Shown here one piece after another: positions 9,486-20,273 of a stretch of 64,000 nt of DNA. The translations under genes and the position numbers were made by a program. The DNA is from Burkholderiales bacterium. GTDB taxonomy: Bacteria > Pseudomonadota > Gammaproteobacteria > Burkholderiales > SG8-39. Position 1 is the first letter of the stretch. Each line of letters opens with the position of its first letter. The notes under the pieces were generated by a model. That model ran no database searches. It saw nothing but the letters and a program-made list of their open reading frames with translations, and was not told where the DNA came from. The DNA lies in the NCBI GenBank assembly GCA_038206915.1, contig JBBRAI010000009.1, positions 5,241 through 69,240 on the forward strand, given 5' to 3'.

Positions 9486-10166
9486 CTATTTTTCGACATA
9501 CAGCGCCGGCAACTGCCGTTGCAAGGCGGCGATCTTCGGCAGGTCGTTGATGATGATATAAGGCTGGTCCGGATGCAGCGCGAGATAGTTCTGGTGATAG
9601 GCCTCGGCCGGGTAGAACGCCGTCAGCGGCGTCACCGTGGTGACGATGGGCCGGCGAAATAAATGCGCGGACTGCAGCTGGGCGATATACGCGTCGGCTA
9701 CGCGCTTCTGCTCGTCGTTGGTGAAGAAAATGGCCGAGCGGTACTGAGTTCCCGTGTCCGGCCCCTGTCGGTCGAGTTCGGTCGGATCGGTAGCGACCGA
9801 AAAGAAAACTTTCAGCAACTGCCCGTAGCTTATGCGCGCCGGATCGTAGCTGATGCGCACCGACTCGGCATGACCGGTATTGCCGGAGCCGATCTGCTCG
9901 TACGTCGCCGTGGCCGCGCCGCCCCCGGAGTATCCCGACACGACCTGCCTTACGCCCCGCACGTGCTTGAACACGGCATCCACGCCCCAGAAGCAACCGC
10001 CGGCAAAGACGGCGGTCTGGGTGCTCGCGGCGGCCGCCAAGGGGGCATCGATCCTGGGGTCGGGCAGCGGCCCCGCGGCGCGCGAAGGCACATAGAAAAA
10101 AAACAGCAATGCCGCCACCGCGATTCCGGCCAGGCCGATGACTGCGTCTGAGGACATGCGTTTCAT
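9486..10166 (-). CDS. msrA: Peptide-methionine (S)-S-oxide reductase MsrA, membrane-anchored or exported form
   Basis: GGCFWGVDAVFKHVRGV catalytic motif. N-terminal hydrophobic segment MKRMSSDAVIGLAGIAVAALLFFF. Start set to ATG 10166 (AGGAG at 8 nt) instead of the upstream-extended ORF start at 10331. Confidence 0.9.
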   Translation of the reverse strand: MKRMSSDAVIGLAGIAVAALLFFFYVPSRAAGPLPDPRIDAPLAAAASTQTAVFAGGCFWGVDAVFKHVRGVRQVVSGYSGGGAATATYEQIGSGNTGHAESVRISYDPARISYGQLLKVFFSVATDPTELDRQGPDTGTQYRSAIFFTNDEQKRVADAYIAQLQSAHLFRRPIVTTVTPLTAFYPAEAYHQNYLALHPDQPYIIINDLPKIAALQRQLPALYVEK

Positions 10167-10243
10167 GGGAGCTTCTCCTAGGTCACGGCCACGCGAGTGT
10201 CGGCGCCCGCGCGGACGATTATCGGCCCTGCGGTCCTGTAGGT

Positions 10244-10272
10244 ATGATAACCAAGTAAGGGACAAGTTCGAA
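10244..10272 (-). promoter_or_regulatory. Candidate sigma70 promoter for msrA (TTCGAA-N17-TATCAT)
   Basis: Read on the reverse strand. -10 at 10249-10244 and -35 at 10272-10267, about 70 nt upstream of the msrA ATG. Motif match only. Confidence 0.3.
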
Positions 10273-10763
10273 TGCCTTTTGCGATTTGCAATACTTTCCT
10301 CCACAGCGCCAAGCGCCGTCCGCACCCGCACCGCGCTAATTCACCGGCCTTCGCGCCCCAGGCCGTAGACACAGGTGCGCCGCAGCAGGCGCAGTACCGG
10401 TGACTTCGCTGCCGATAATCAGCACCCCGCGTTTGCATGCCGCACTGGCGCAACGATAAGTGGCGATTGAAGTCTTGTATTTTCGTAATAAATTACATTA
10501 GATATACCTTGTAACTAACTGTTTATATTATTTGTAATTGCATACAATTTTGGCCAATTCGAACTTCGGTACAGGCTGTGGTGCTTGACCTAGAACAAAG
10601 GATGCTGTTTGGATTTGTGGGATTATCGCAGCGGATGTTTGGGGGCTCTCCTGCCCAAGAAGAAGCATCCGATGGCGAACGCTTCGGCCCGGAGACGGTA
10701 AATACGTCCCGGGCTTTTTCTTGCCCCGGCGCTCATCTTCCGCGCGCGCATCCAATCCCCCCG

Positions 10764-10792
10764 TTGACACGCGCGGCGTTAGTGCATAATTT
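10764..10792 (+). promoter_or_regulatory. Candidate sigma70 promoter (TTGACA-N17-TAATTT) for the dehydrogenase gene
   Basis: Perfect -35 at 10764-10769, a 17-nt spacer, and -10 TAATTT at 10787-10792, which is 30 nt upstream of ATG 10822. Confidence 0.45.
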
Positions 10793-10821
10793 ACCGCGCC
10801 CATCATGCAGTCCGAAAAGAA

Positions 10822-11958
10822 ATGAAAGACAAGGACCCGCAGCATCTCATGAGCAAACACCAGTTCAAAATCGCCCTCTTGCCCGGCGATGGTATCGGGC
10901 CGGAAATCATGCATGTTTGTGTCAAAGTTCTTGAGCACTTGCTCGCTGACCAAACGGGCTTCGGCCTCGAATACATTCACGGTCCCGGAGGCGCGCAGCA
11001 TTACGCCGACACCGGTGTCGCCCTGCCCGAGAGCACGCAGCGCGCTTGCGAAGATGCCGACGCAATACTCTTCGGCGCCATGGGCATGCCCCACATCCGC
11101 TATGCCGATGGCACCGAGATCAGCCCGCAGCTGGATCTGCGCAAGGATCTGGATCTGTATGCCGGCGTGCGCCCGATACGCGCCATCCCCGGCGTCGCAT
11201 CGGCCCTGGCCGATTCGCGCGCCGCGCAGATCGACCTCGTGCTGGTGCGCGAGCAGTCCGAAGGCTTGTTCTATGGCCGCCTGTATCCGGAAAAACAACC
11301 CAGGGGCGACGACAACGAGGCCTTCGACCTGGGACGCATTACCCGCAAGGCGTCCGAACGCCTGTTCGATTTCGCTTTTCGTCTCGCGCGCCGGCGGCGC
11401 GCCGCCAATCCCGCGAAGGGGACGGTCACCTGCGTGGACAAGGCCAATGTGCTCAGCAGCATGGCCTTCTTCAACAAGATCTACCGGGAGCGCGCCAAGC
11501 TCTATCCGGATATCAAGGCCGAGCATTGCTACGTCGACGCCATGGCGCTGAACCTGGTCAAGCATCCCTGGGACTACGACGTGCTGCCCACCGAGAACCA
11601 GTTCGGCGACATTCTTTCCGATCTCGCCGCCGGCCTGATCGGCGGCCTGGGCATGTCGCCATCGGCCGACATCGGCGACAGGCACGCGCTGTTTCAGCCC
11701 AGCCATGGCAGCGCGCCGGATATCGCCGGAACGGGAAAAGCCAACCCGGCGGCGATGATACTGTCCGCGGCGCTGATGCTCGAGTGGCTGGGAGAAATGC
11801 AGGGCATGCCCGAGGCGGTCGTACAGGCTGCGCGGCTGCGCTTGGCGGTGGACGCGGCCTTCGCCACCGGCAGAATTCATTCCAGCGAAACCGGCGGCAG
11901 CGACGGCACGCGCGCGATCAGTGATGCCATCCTCGGGGCACTTGGCAAACCAGCGTAG
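10822..11958 (+). CDS. Isocitrate/isopropylmalate/tartrate dehydrogenase family protein
   Basis: KIALLPGDGIGPEI, VREQSEGLFYG, NQFGDILSDLAAGLIGGLGMSPSA, HGSAPDIAGTGKANP. An alternative start ATG at 10849 (MSKHQFKIALL) is equally plausible. Confidence 0.85.
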   Translation: MKDKDPQHLMSKHQFKIALLPGDGIGPEIMHVCVKVLEHLLADQTGFGLEYIHGPGGAQHYADTGVALPESTQRACEDADAILFGAMGMPHIRYADGTEISPQLDLRKDLDLYAGVRPIRAIPGVASALADSRAAQIDLVLVREQSEGLFYGRLYPEKQPRGDDNEAFDLGRITRKASERLFDFAFRLARRRRAANPAKGTVTCVDKANVLSSMAFFNKIYRERAKLYPDIKAEHCYVDAMALNLVKHPWDYDVLPTENQFGDILSDLAAGLIGGLGMSPSADIGDRHALFQPSHGSAPDIAGTGKANPAAMILSAALMLEWLGEMQGMPEAVVQAARLRLAVDAAFATGRIHSSETGGSDGTRAISDAILGALGKPA

Positions 11959-12109
11959 TGCTGTAGCAGCGCGTGCGCATGTTGGTGGAGTTGCTGGCGG
12001 CGCGCGGGCTGACGCGGCTTTGCGCGGACGCACACGGGCCGCGCGGCACCCGGCAATCTTGCTGCCGCAATAACAATACGCGCTCACGTCAGCGCCGGAG
12101 GCAACGATC

Positions 12110-12610
12110 ATGCGCCGCCTGTTTAGGTTTTCGGCTATTGCAATTCTGCTCACGGGCCTGAGCGCCTGCGCTACCTGGGGATCCGCGCCGGTGCACCTCG
12201 GCCAGACCGAGGCCGAAGTCGTCGCACGCCTGGGCCGGCCGACCCATGTCTACCCGGACGGCGCAAGCCATATTCTCGAATACATGCATGGCCCGATGGG
12301 ACAGGCGACTGAAATGGCGCGCATCGGTCCGGATGGCAGGCTCGCAGCCTATGAGCAGGTTCTGAACATGCGCACTTTCGCCACGATAAAAATCGGCGAA
12401 GCGGACAAGAACACTGTCTTGCGTACAGTAGGCGCGGCGAGCGAGACGCGCTACTACCCGGCCTCCGGGCTCGAAGAGTGGTCCTATCCGTTCAAGGAAG
12501 ACGGCGTCTGGGATTCACTGATGTCGGTGTATTTCGACAGGGCGGGAATCGTGCGCGAGCTGCAGAACGGGCCCGATCCGAAATTTCGACTCGGCGCCGC
12601 TTTCGAATGA
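12110..12610 (+). CDS. Lipoprotein with BamE/SmpA-OmlA-like repeats
   Basis: Signal peptide with lipobox MRRLFRFSAIAILLTGLSAC. GGAGG lies upstream. Two GxTxxEVxxxLG-like modules (GQTEAEVVARLGRP; GEADKNTVLRTVG). Confidence 0.65.
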   Translation: MRRLFRFSAIAILLTGLSACATWGSAPVHLGQTEAEVVARLGRPTHVYPDGASHILEYMHGPMGQATEMARIGPDGRLAAYEQVLNMRTFATIKIGEADKNTVLRTVGAASETRYYPASGLEEWSYPFKEDGVWDSLMSVYFDRAGIVRELQNGPDPKFRLGAAFE

Positions 12611-12636
12611 CGCAGCCCTTCCAACTGCCGCTGCAC

Positions 12637-13032
12637 TCACCCCGGCCGGTCGCGATTGTGCTCATCCGGCTCGGCCGGAGGTGCGTCCGGACCGAGGTAC
12701 GCGGCAAAAAGATAGATTCCCAGCGATAGCAGCAGGCCGATACCGGCGACAGTACCGGCGAGTGCCTTGCCCCGCCACAGTTGCACGAACCAGCGGCCGA
12801 AGTCGTCGAATGCCAGGGCAGCCTTGCCGCCGAAACGTTGCACTTCGCGCCGGTAGGTCTTGGAGTCCTGCGTAGAAAGCGGGTAGACCGCGCCGTTGAC
12901 GATCACGTAACCGAGCGAATCATCCGCGACGTCATCGTTGAACAGGTAGATCAGCAATGCGCCGCACAAGCAGGCCGAGAGAATCGCAGCACAGCTGCGA
13001 TGCAGACGGCGCTTCAGTTCGGCGTTGCTCAT
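12637..13032 (-). CDS. Small membrane protein, function unknown
   Basis: MSNAELKRRLHRSCAAILSACLCGALLIYLF... and a C-terminal TM (AGTVAGIGLLLSLGIYLFAAYL). No family recognised. Confidence 0.45.
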   Translation of the reverse strand: MSNAELKRRLHRSCAAILSACLCGALLIYLFNDDVADDSLGYVIVNGAVYPLSTQDSKTYRREVQRFGGKAALAFDDFGRWFVQLWRGKALAGTVAGIGLLLSLGIYLFAAYLGPDAPPAEPDEHNRDRPG

Positions 13033-13082
13033 TTGCGCACCACGCCTCAAGTTCCGGCCACACATAGGCGGCGGGGGCCAAC

Positions 13083-13113
13083 AAAAAATGCGACCGCTTC
13101 GGGTCGCTTTTTT
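13083..13113 (-). terminator. Intrinsic terminator downstream of tRNA-Ser (bidirectional architecture)
   Basis: Hairpin GCGACC-GCTTCG-GGTCGC at 13090-13107, flanked by an A6 run and a T7 run. On the reverse strand the stem is followed by ATTTTTT. Confidence 0.65.
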
Positions 13114-13205
13114 TGGCGGAGAGAGCGGGATTCGAACCCGCGATACGGTTTAACCCGTATACACGCTTTCCAGGCGTGCGCCTTCAACCGCTCGGCCACC
13201 TCTCC
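13114..13205 (-). tRNA. tRNA-Ser (anticodon GGA), CCA encoded
   Basis: The reverse strand reads GGAGAGGTGGCCGAGCGGTTGAAGGCGCACGCCTGGAAAGCGTG-long variable arm-GCGGGTTCGAATCCCGCTCTCTCCGCCA. It has a 7-bp acceptor stem, a GTTCGAATC T-loop and a class II variable arm. Confidence 0.95.
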
Positions 13206-13282
13206 TGAATATCCTGCCTTCAAGAAGGTGCGCAGCTTACGCGATAAGTCCTTGCGAGGCAAGGAAAAAGGCGCGTTTCCGC

Positions 13283-15256
<1,974 letters not shown>

Positions 15257-15572
15257 GACAACGGTCTCCTCAATGTGCTTGTGCTTGATAAACCAGGGTC
15301 GGATATCGGCGGGTCGCGTGGGCGCGAACGGCGACGTATGTGATCATCGATAACCCGCCTTACGTCGCCCTTGGGCCGCAACTGCTAAATCAAAACACTA
15401 TTCCGCAATTTTGTAAAGCCGGCAGTCTGTACGCTAGACGACAGGTCGCTGCGTGCCTCTGCGCCGCCGTTCGCGTTGACGCGGCGCGCGCAATGGTGGA
15501 AACTTGCACCGGCTCCGACGCTGCACTGCCGTATCGGATCCTGCCCGGCCCTCCTTCCCTGCCCGAAACAAA

Positions 15573-16754
15573 ATGATACGACCATTGGACGGCATAGTCG
15601 TCGTCGCCCTGGAGCACGCGGTCGCGGCGCCCCTAGCCACGCGGCATTTGGCGGACAACGGCGCCCGGGTAATCAAGATCGAGCGCCCGAGCAGCGGCGA
15701 TTTTGCGCGCGCCTACGACCAGCGCACGCGCGGCCTCGCCTCGCATTTCGTCTGGACCAATCGCGGCAAGGAAAGCGTCACCCTCGACCTGAAGCATGCG
15801 CAGGCGCTGCCGGTGCTCGAACGCCTGCTCGCGCGCGCCGACGTGTTCGTGCAGAACCTCGCGCCTGGGGCGGCGGCCCGCCTCGGTCTGGGCGCCGAAG
15901 CCGTCCACCGCATCAACCCGCGCACCATCGCCTGCGGCATCTCCGGCTATGGCGAGGGCGGCCCTTACCGCGACAAGAAGGCCTACGACCTGCTGATCCA
16001 GGCCGAGGCCGGGCTGCTGTCGATCACGGGCAGCGGCGACGAAATGGCCAAGGCGGGGATATCCATCGCCGATATCGCGGGCGGCATGTACGCCTACAGC
16101 GGCATCCTCAACGCGCTGCTGCTGCGCGGGCGCACCGGCCGCGGCAGCAGCATCGAAGTCTCGCTGCTTGACTGCCTGGCGGAGTGGATGGGCTATCCGC
16201 TCTACTACGCCTTCGACGGCGCGGCGCCGCCCGCGCGCACCGGCGCCATGCATGCGACCATCTACCCCTACGGCCCGTTCCAGGCCGGCGACGGCGGGAC
16301 AGTCATGATCGCGATCCAGAACGAACGCGAATGGGCCTTGTTCTGCGAAAAGGTGCTGCGAACGCCCGAACTCGCGCGCGATCCGCGTTTCGATTCCAAC
16401 GCCGCGCGCAGCGCGAACCGGCAGCAGCTCGCACCGATCCTGCAGCAGCGGCTGGCCCAGATGAACGCCGCCGAACTGATCGCGCAGCTCGATGCCGCCA
16501 GCATCGCCAATGCCTCGGTCAACACGGTCGAGGGCCTGCGCCGGCACCCGCAACTGCAGGCGCGCGCGCGCTGGGCCGAAGTCGGTTCGCCCGCGGGGCC
16601 GCTCCCCGCACTGCGCACGCCGCCGCTGTCGGACGCCTATGCACCGGCGATGGGCGACATACCCGCGCTGGGGGCACACACCGACAGCGTGCTCGCCTGG
16701 CTGGGCTATGACGCAGGTGAGGTCGCGGGGCTGCGCGCAGCGGGCTTGATCTAG
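15573..16754 (+). CDS. CoA-transferase family III (CaiB/BaiF type)
   Basis: MIRPLDGIVVVALEHAVAAPLATRHLADNGARVIKIERP...FVQNLAPGAAARLGLG. Start moved to ATG 15573, which gives the typical family N-terminus. Confidence 0.85.
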   Translation: MIRPLDGIVVVALEHAVAAPLATRHLADNGARVIKIERPSSGDFARAYDQRTRGLASHFVWTNRGKESVTLDLKHAQALPVLERLLARADVFVQNLAPGAAARLGLGAEAVHRINPRTIACGISGYGEGGPYRDKKAYDLLIQAEAGLLSITGSGDEMAKAGISIADIAGGMYAYSGILNALLLRGRTGRGSSIEVSLLDCLAEWMGYPLYYAFDGAAPPARTGAMHATIYPYGPFQAGDGGTVMIAIQNEREWALFCEKVLRTPELARDPRFDSNAARSANRQQLAPILQQRLAQMNAAELIAQLDAASIANASVNTVEGLRRHPQLQARARWAEVGSPAGPLPALRTPPLSDAYAPAMGDIPALGAHTDSVLAWLGYDAGEVAGLRAAGLI

Positions 16755-16927
16755 CGCAAACCGCTGCTGCCGCGCGCCGATTCCGGCCCGGCAAAGGTGG
16801 TAAGATTTCGCGACTGTCGGTCGGGCGATCTGCAGCGGCGCGTTTCTGGCCATGTAAACGATCCCACCGACGCCGGCATCCCCGGCGCGCATTGCAAGCG
16901 CGATCCTAAGAGCCCATTTCAAAATGA

Positions 16928-17043
16928 GTCATTCAAAACTTGTTATTTCGAGCGAAGCGAGAAATCTGCTTTTGGATCACGCAAGAAGCAGATTCCTCGG
17001 GCGGAGCCTGCGCCGAGCGCAGTCGAGGGGCCCTCGGAATGAC
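16928..17043. repeat. MITE/REP-like palindromic element, copy 1 (GTCATTC...GAATGAC termini)
   Basis: Terminal inverted repeats plus the inner stem GAAATCTGCTT/AAGCAGATTCC. Homologous in inverted orientation to 62396-62474 (shared GAGCGAAGCGAG..ATCTGCTT...AAGCAGATTCCTCGG...CCCTCGGA.TGAC). Confidence 0.6.
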
Positions 17044-17091
17044 AATTCAATTTGCAACAGCTAGTTGCCACTTCAATCCAGCGAGACCGAC

Positions 17092-18618
17092 ATGACCGCC
17101 ATCAAGCAGGAAGACCTGATCCAGAGCATTGCCGACGCGCTGCAGTTCATCAGCTACTACCACCCGAAGGATTACCTGGCGCACCTGGCGCGCGCCTACG
17201 AACGCGAGCAGGCGCCCGCCGCCAAGGACGCGATCGCGCAGATCCTGACCAACTCGCGCATGTGCGCCGAGGGCCACCGCCCGATCTGCCAGGACACCGG
17301 CATCGTCAACGTCTACCTCAAGATCGGCATGGATCTGCGCTGGGACGGCTTCAAAGGCACGCTCAACGACGCGGTTAACGCAGGCGTGCGCCGCGCCTAT
17401 ACCAACCCGGACAATCCGCTGCGCGGGTCAGTGTTGGCGGACCCGCTGTTCACGCGCAAGAACACCAAGGACAACACGCCCGCGGTGGTGCACATGGAGG
17501 TAGTGCCAGGCGACAAGCTCGAGGTCACGGTCGCAGCCAAGGGCGGCGGCTCCGAGGCCAAGTCCAAATTCGCCATGCTCAATCCCTCCGACTCGGTGGT
17601 CGAATGGGTGCTCAAGACCGTGCCCACCATGGGTGCAGGCTGGTGCCCGCCGGGGCTGATCGGCATCGGGGTCGGCGGCACTGCGGAGAAGGCAATGATG
17701 ATGGCAAAGGAAGTGCTGATGCAGCCACTGGACATGCACGAACTGCTCGCGCGCGGACCGAAGAGCAAGCTTGAGGAACTGCGCATCGAGCTCTATACCA
17801 AAATTAACGCGCTGGGCATCGGCGCCCAGGGTCTCGGCGGCCTGTCCACCGTTCTCGACGTCAAGATCGCGGACTACCCGACGCACGCTGCCAACAAGCC
17901 GATTGCGATGATTCCCAACTGCGCCGCGACACGCCACGCGCATTTCGTGCTTGACGGCTCGGGTCCCGTCGCGCTCGAAGTGCCATCGCTGGAGGACTGG
18001 CCCAAGGTCACCTGGGCACCCGCCTCCGCCGCGAAGCGCGTCAACCTCGATACGCTTACGCCCGCCGAAGTCGCCGGCTGGAAGCGCGGCGATATCCTGC
18101 TGGTATCGGGCAAGATGCTTACCGGCCGCGACGCCGCGCACCAGCGCATCCAGGAGATGCTCGCCAGGGGCGAAAAGCTGCCGGTGGATTTCACCAATCG
18201 CGTGATCTACTACGTCGGTCCGGTGGACCCGGTGCGCGACGAAGTGGTCGGGCCGGCTGGCCCGACGACCTCCACGCGCATGGACAAATACACCGAGATG
18301 ATGCTGGCGCAGACCGGGCTGATCGGCATGATAGGTAAATCCGAGCGCGGCCCGGTCGCGATCGATGCGATCAAGAAACACAAGGCCGCCTACCTGATGG
18401 CGGTCGGCGGCGCCGCCTATCTGGTCGCCAAGGCGATCAAGAAATCGCGTGTGCTCGCGTTCGGCGACCTAGGCATGGAGGCGATCTACGAATTCGAGGT
18501 GAAGGACATGCCGGTTACCGTGGCAGTGGATTCCAGCGGCGCCTCGGTGCACCAGACCGGTCCGGCGGAATGGGAAAAGCGCATCCGGGAATTCAAGATA
18601 CCGGTAGCCGTAGCGTGA
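17092..18618 (+). CDS. fumA: Class I (Fe-S) fumarate hydratase
   Basis: MTAIKQEDLIQSIADALQFISYYHP..., CQDTGIV, a fused alpha and beta Fe-S hydro-lyase architecture of about 508 aa. Start set at ATG 17092. Confidence 0.9.
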   Translation: MTAIKQEDLIQSIADALQFISYYHPKDYLAHLARAYEREQAPAAKDAIAQILTNSRMCAEGHRPICQDTGIVNVYLKIGMDLRWDGFKGTLNDAVNAGVRRAYTNPDNPLRGSVLADPLFTRKNTKDNTPAVVHMEVVPGDKLEVTVAAKGGGSEAKSKFAMLNPSDSVVEWVLKTVPTMGAGWCPPGLIGIGVGGTAEKAMMMAKEVLMQPLDMHELLARGPKSKLEELRIELYTKINALGIGAQGLGGLSTVLDVKIADYPTHAANKPIAMIPNCAATRHAHFVLDGSGPVALEVPSLEDWPKVTWAPASAAKRVNLDTLTPAEVAGWKRGDILLVSGKMLTGRDAAHQRIQEMLARGEKLPVDFTNRVIYYVGPVDPVRDEVVGPAGPTTSTRMDKYTEMMLAQTGLIGMIGKSERGPVAIDAIKKHKAAYLMAVGGAAYLVAKAIKKSRVLAFGDLGMEAIYEFEVKDMPVTVAVDSSGASVHQTGPAEWEKRIREFKIPVAVA

Positions 18619-18652
18619 GTTTGTACGGCCCCGCGCTGGGAGCGGTTTAGCG

Positions 18653-19549
18653 TTGCACGGCAAACTCTTCCCGCGCTGGCTCAGCATCGCGATACTGCTG
18701 CTCATCGCCACCACCTTCGGCAGCAACCATATCGCGGCGCGCGTTGCATTTGATCACGGCGTCAACATCATTACCGCGGTGGCGGCGCGCTCGATCGGCG
18801 CTTCGCTGTTCGTCGGGGCGCTGCTGTATGCGAGCCGCGTTCCGCTTGCCGTTCCGGCGGCAACGCGCTGGCGCGCCGTCGTCATCGGCGTGCTCATCGC
18901 ACTCCAGAGTTTCTGCCTCTACTCGGCCGTAGCGCGCATTCCCGTGGCACTGGCGCTGCTCGCCTTCAACACCTTTCCGATGATGTTCTCGCTCATCACC
19001 TGGGCGATCGACGGCGAACGGCCGGCGCGGCGCGCCCTGATCGCGATGCCGATCGCGCTGTGCGGGCTGGCCCTCGCGCTCGACGTGCTCGGCGCGCACG
19101 GCGATATCGCCGGTCGCTGGTCCGAAATCGGCACCGGCGTGGGCTTCGCGCTGAGCGCGGCGGTAAGTTTCGCCATGGCGCTGTATTTTACTTCGCGCTG
19201 GCTCAAGGACGTGGACGGCAGACTGCGCACCTTCATCACCATGAGCACAGTTGCGCTGCTGATGCTCGCTGCGGGCGTGATTGCCGGCAATCTCGCGCTG
19301 CCGGCGAACCCGGGCGCCTGGCTCGGACTCGGCCTGTTGATGCTGTTCTACGGCACTGCGTTCACCGCCCTGTTCGTGCTGCTGCCGCGGCTGGACGCGC
19401 TGAACAACTCGGCAGCCCTGAATTTTGAGCCCATCGCGGTGCTGTTCCTCGCCTGGCCCATTCTCGGCCAGGGCGTGGCGCCGCGGCAGATCGTGGGCGC
19501 GCTGATCGTGGTCGGGGCGGTGATCGCACTGGGCACCGCCAAGCGCTGA
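18653..19549 (+). CDS. DMT-superfamily (EamA-type) transporter
   Basis: 298 aa with about 10 hydrophobic segments in two EamA-like halves. The ORF starts with TTG, so the start is uncertain. Confidence 0.75.
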   Translation: MHGKLFPRWLSIAILLLIATTFGSNHIAARVAFDHGVNIITAVAARSIGASLFVGALLYASRVPLAVPAATRWRAVVIGVLIALQSFCLYSAVARIPVALALLAFNTFPMMFSLITWAIDGERPARRALIAMPIALCGLALALDVLGAHGDIAGRWSEIGTGVGFALSAAVSFAMALYFTSRWLKDVDGRLRTFITMSTVALLMLAAGVIAGNLALPANPGAWLGLGLLMLFYGTAFTALFVLLPRLDALNNSAALNFEPIAVLFLAWPILGQGVAPRQIVGALIVVGAVIALGTAKR

Positions 19550-19555
19550 GACGGC

Positions 19556-20197
19556 ATGAACACCAGCGCAGATACGCAGCTCATCGCCATCCGCCACGGC
19601 GAAACCGAATGGAACAGCGAAGGCCGCTTCCAGGGACACCTGGACAGCGCGCTCAACCGGGAAGGCCGCGTACAGGCGCAGGCCCTGGCCGGGCGCCTTG
19701 CGCGCGAGCGCTTTGATCTGCTGCTTTCCAGCGACCTGGGGCGGGCGCTGCAGACCGCGAGCGCCGTCGCCATGCGCACCGGGCATGAAATCGTGGTCGA
19801 ACCGCGCCTGCGCGAACGGCGCATGGGCATTTTCCAGAGCCTGACCCCGCACGAAGTGGAGCGGCGCTATCCCGATGAATACGCGCGCTTCAAGTCGCGC
19901 GACCCCGATTACGCCATTCCCGGGGGAGAGAGTATGCGCGAACTGTATGAGCGCAGCATCGCCTGCTTTACCGATCTGGCCGAGCGGCATGCCGGGTTGA
20001 CGCTGGCGGCGGTCAGCCACGGCGGCGTGCTCGCCATGCTTTACCGTCATGCCAGGGCGGTGCCGCTGGATGCGCCGCGCGATTTCAATTTGCACAATAC
20101 CGGCATCAACCGTTTCTGCCGCCGGATGGGCGCCTGGCAGCTGACCAGCTGGGGCGACATCGGCCACCTGGAGAACGCGCTGGACGATCCGGAATAG
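19556..20197 (+). CDS. Histidine phosphatase family protein (phosphoglycerate mutase-like, GpmB type)
   Basis: LIAIRHGETEWNSEGRFQG catalytic RHG motif and the C-terminal SHGGVL motif. Confidence 0.85.
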   Translation: MNTSADTQLIAIRHGETEWNSEGRFQGHLDSALNREGRVQAQALAGRLARERFDLLLSSDLGRALQTASAVAMRTGHEIVVEPRLRERRMGIFQSLTPHEVERRYPDEYARFKSRDPDYAIPGGESMRELYERSIACFTDLAERHAGLTLAAVSHGGVLAMLYRHARAVPLDAPRDFNLHNTGINRFCRRMGAWQLTSWGDIGHLENALDDPE

Positions 20198-20273
20198 CGG
20201 CCACCTGCGGCCGGCGCCGGGCACAAGCGCGAGCCGCGATGCTAAAATCAAGCACAGAAAAAAGGGGAGCATC

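Noticed and set aside
10528-12153. 541-aa reverse-strand ORF
   Set aside because: It lies antisense to the clearly homologous IDH/IPMDH-family gene (10822-11958). It has an Arg/Ala/Gly-rich low-complexity composition and no recognisable motifs, so it is a GC-rich shadow ORF.
15480-15500. Sigma-54-like TGG...TGC string (GGTGGAAACTTGCACC) upstream of the CoA-transferase gene
   Set aside because: The GG to GC spacing is about 8 nt instead of the required roughly 10-11 nt of the -24/-12 consensus.
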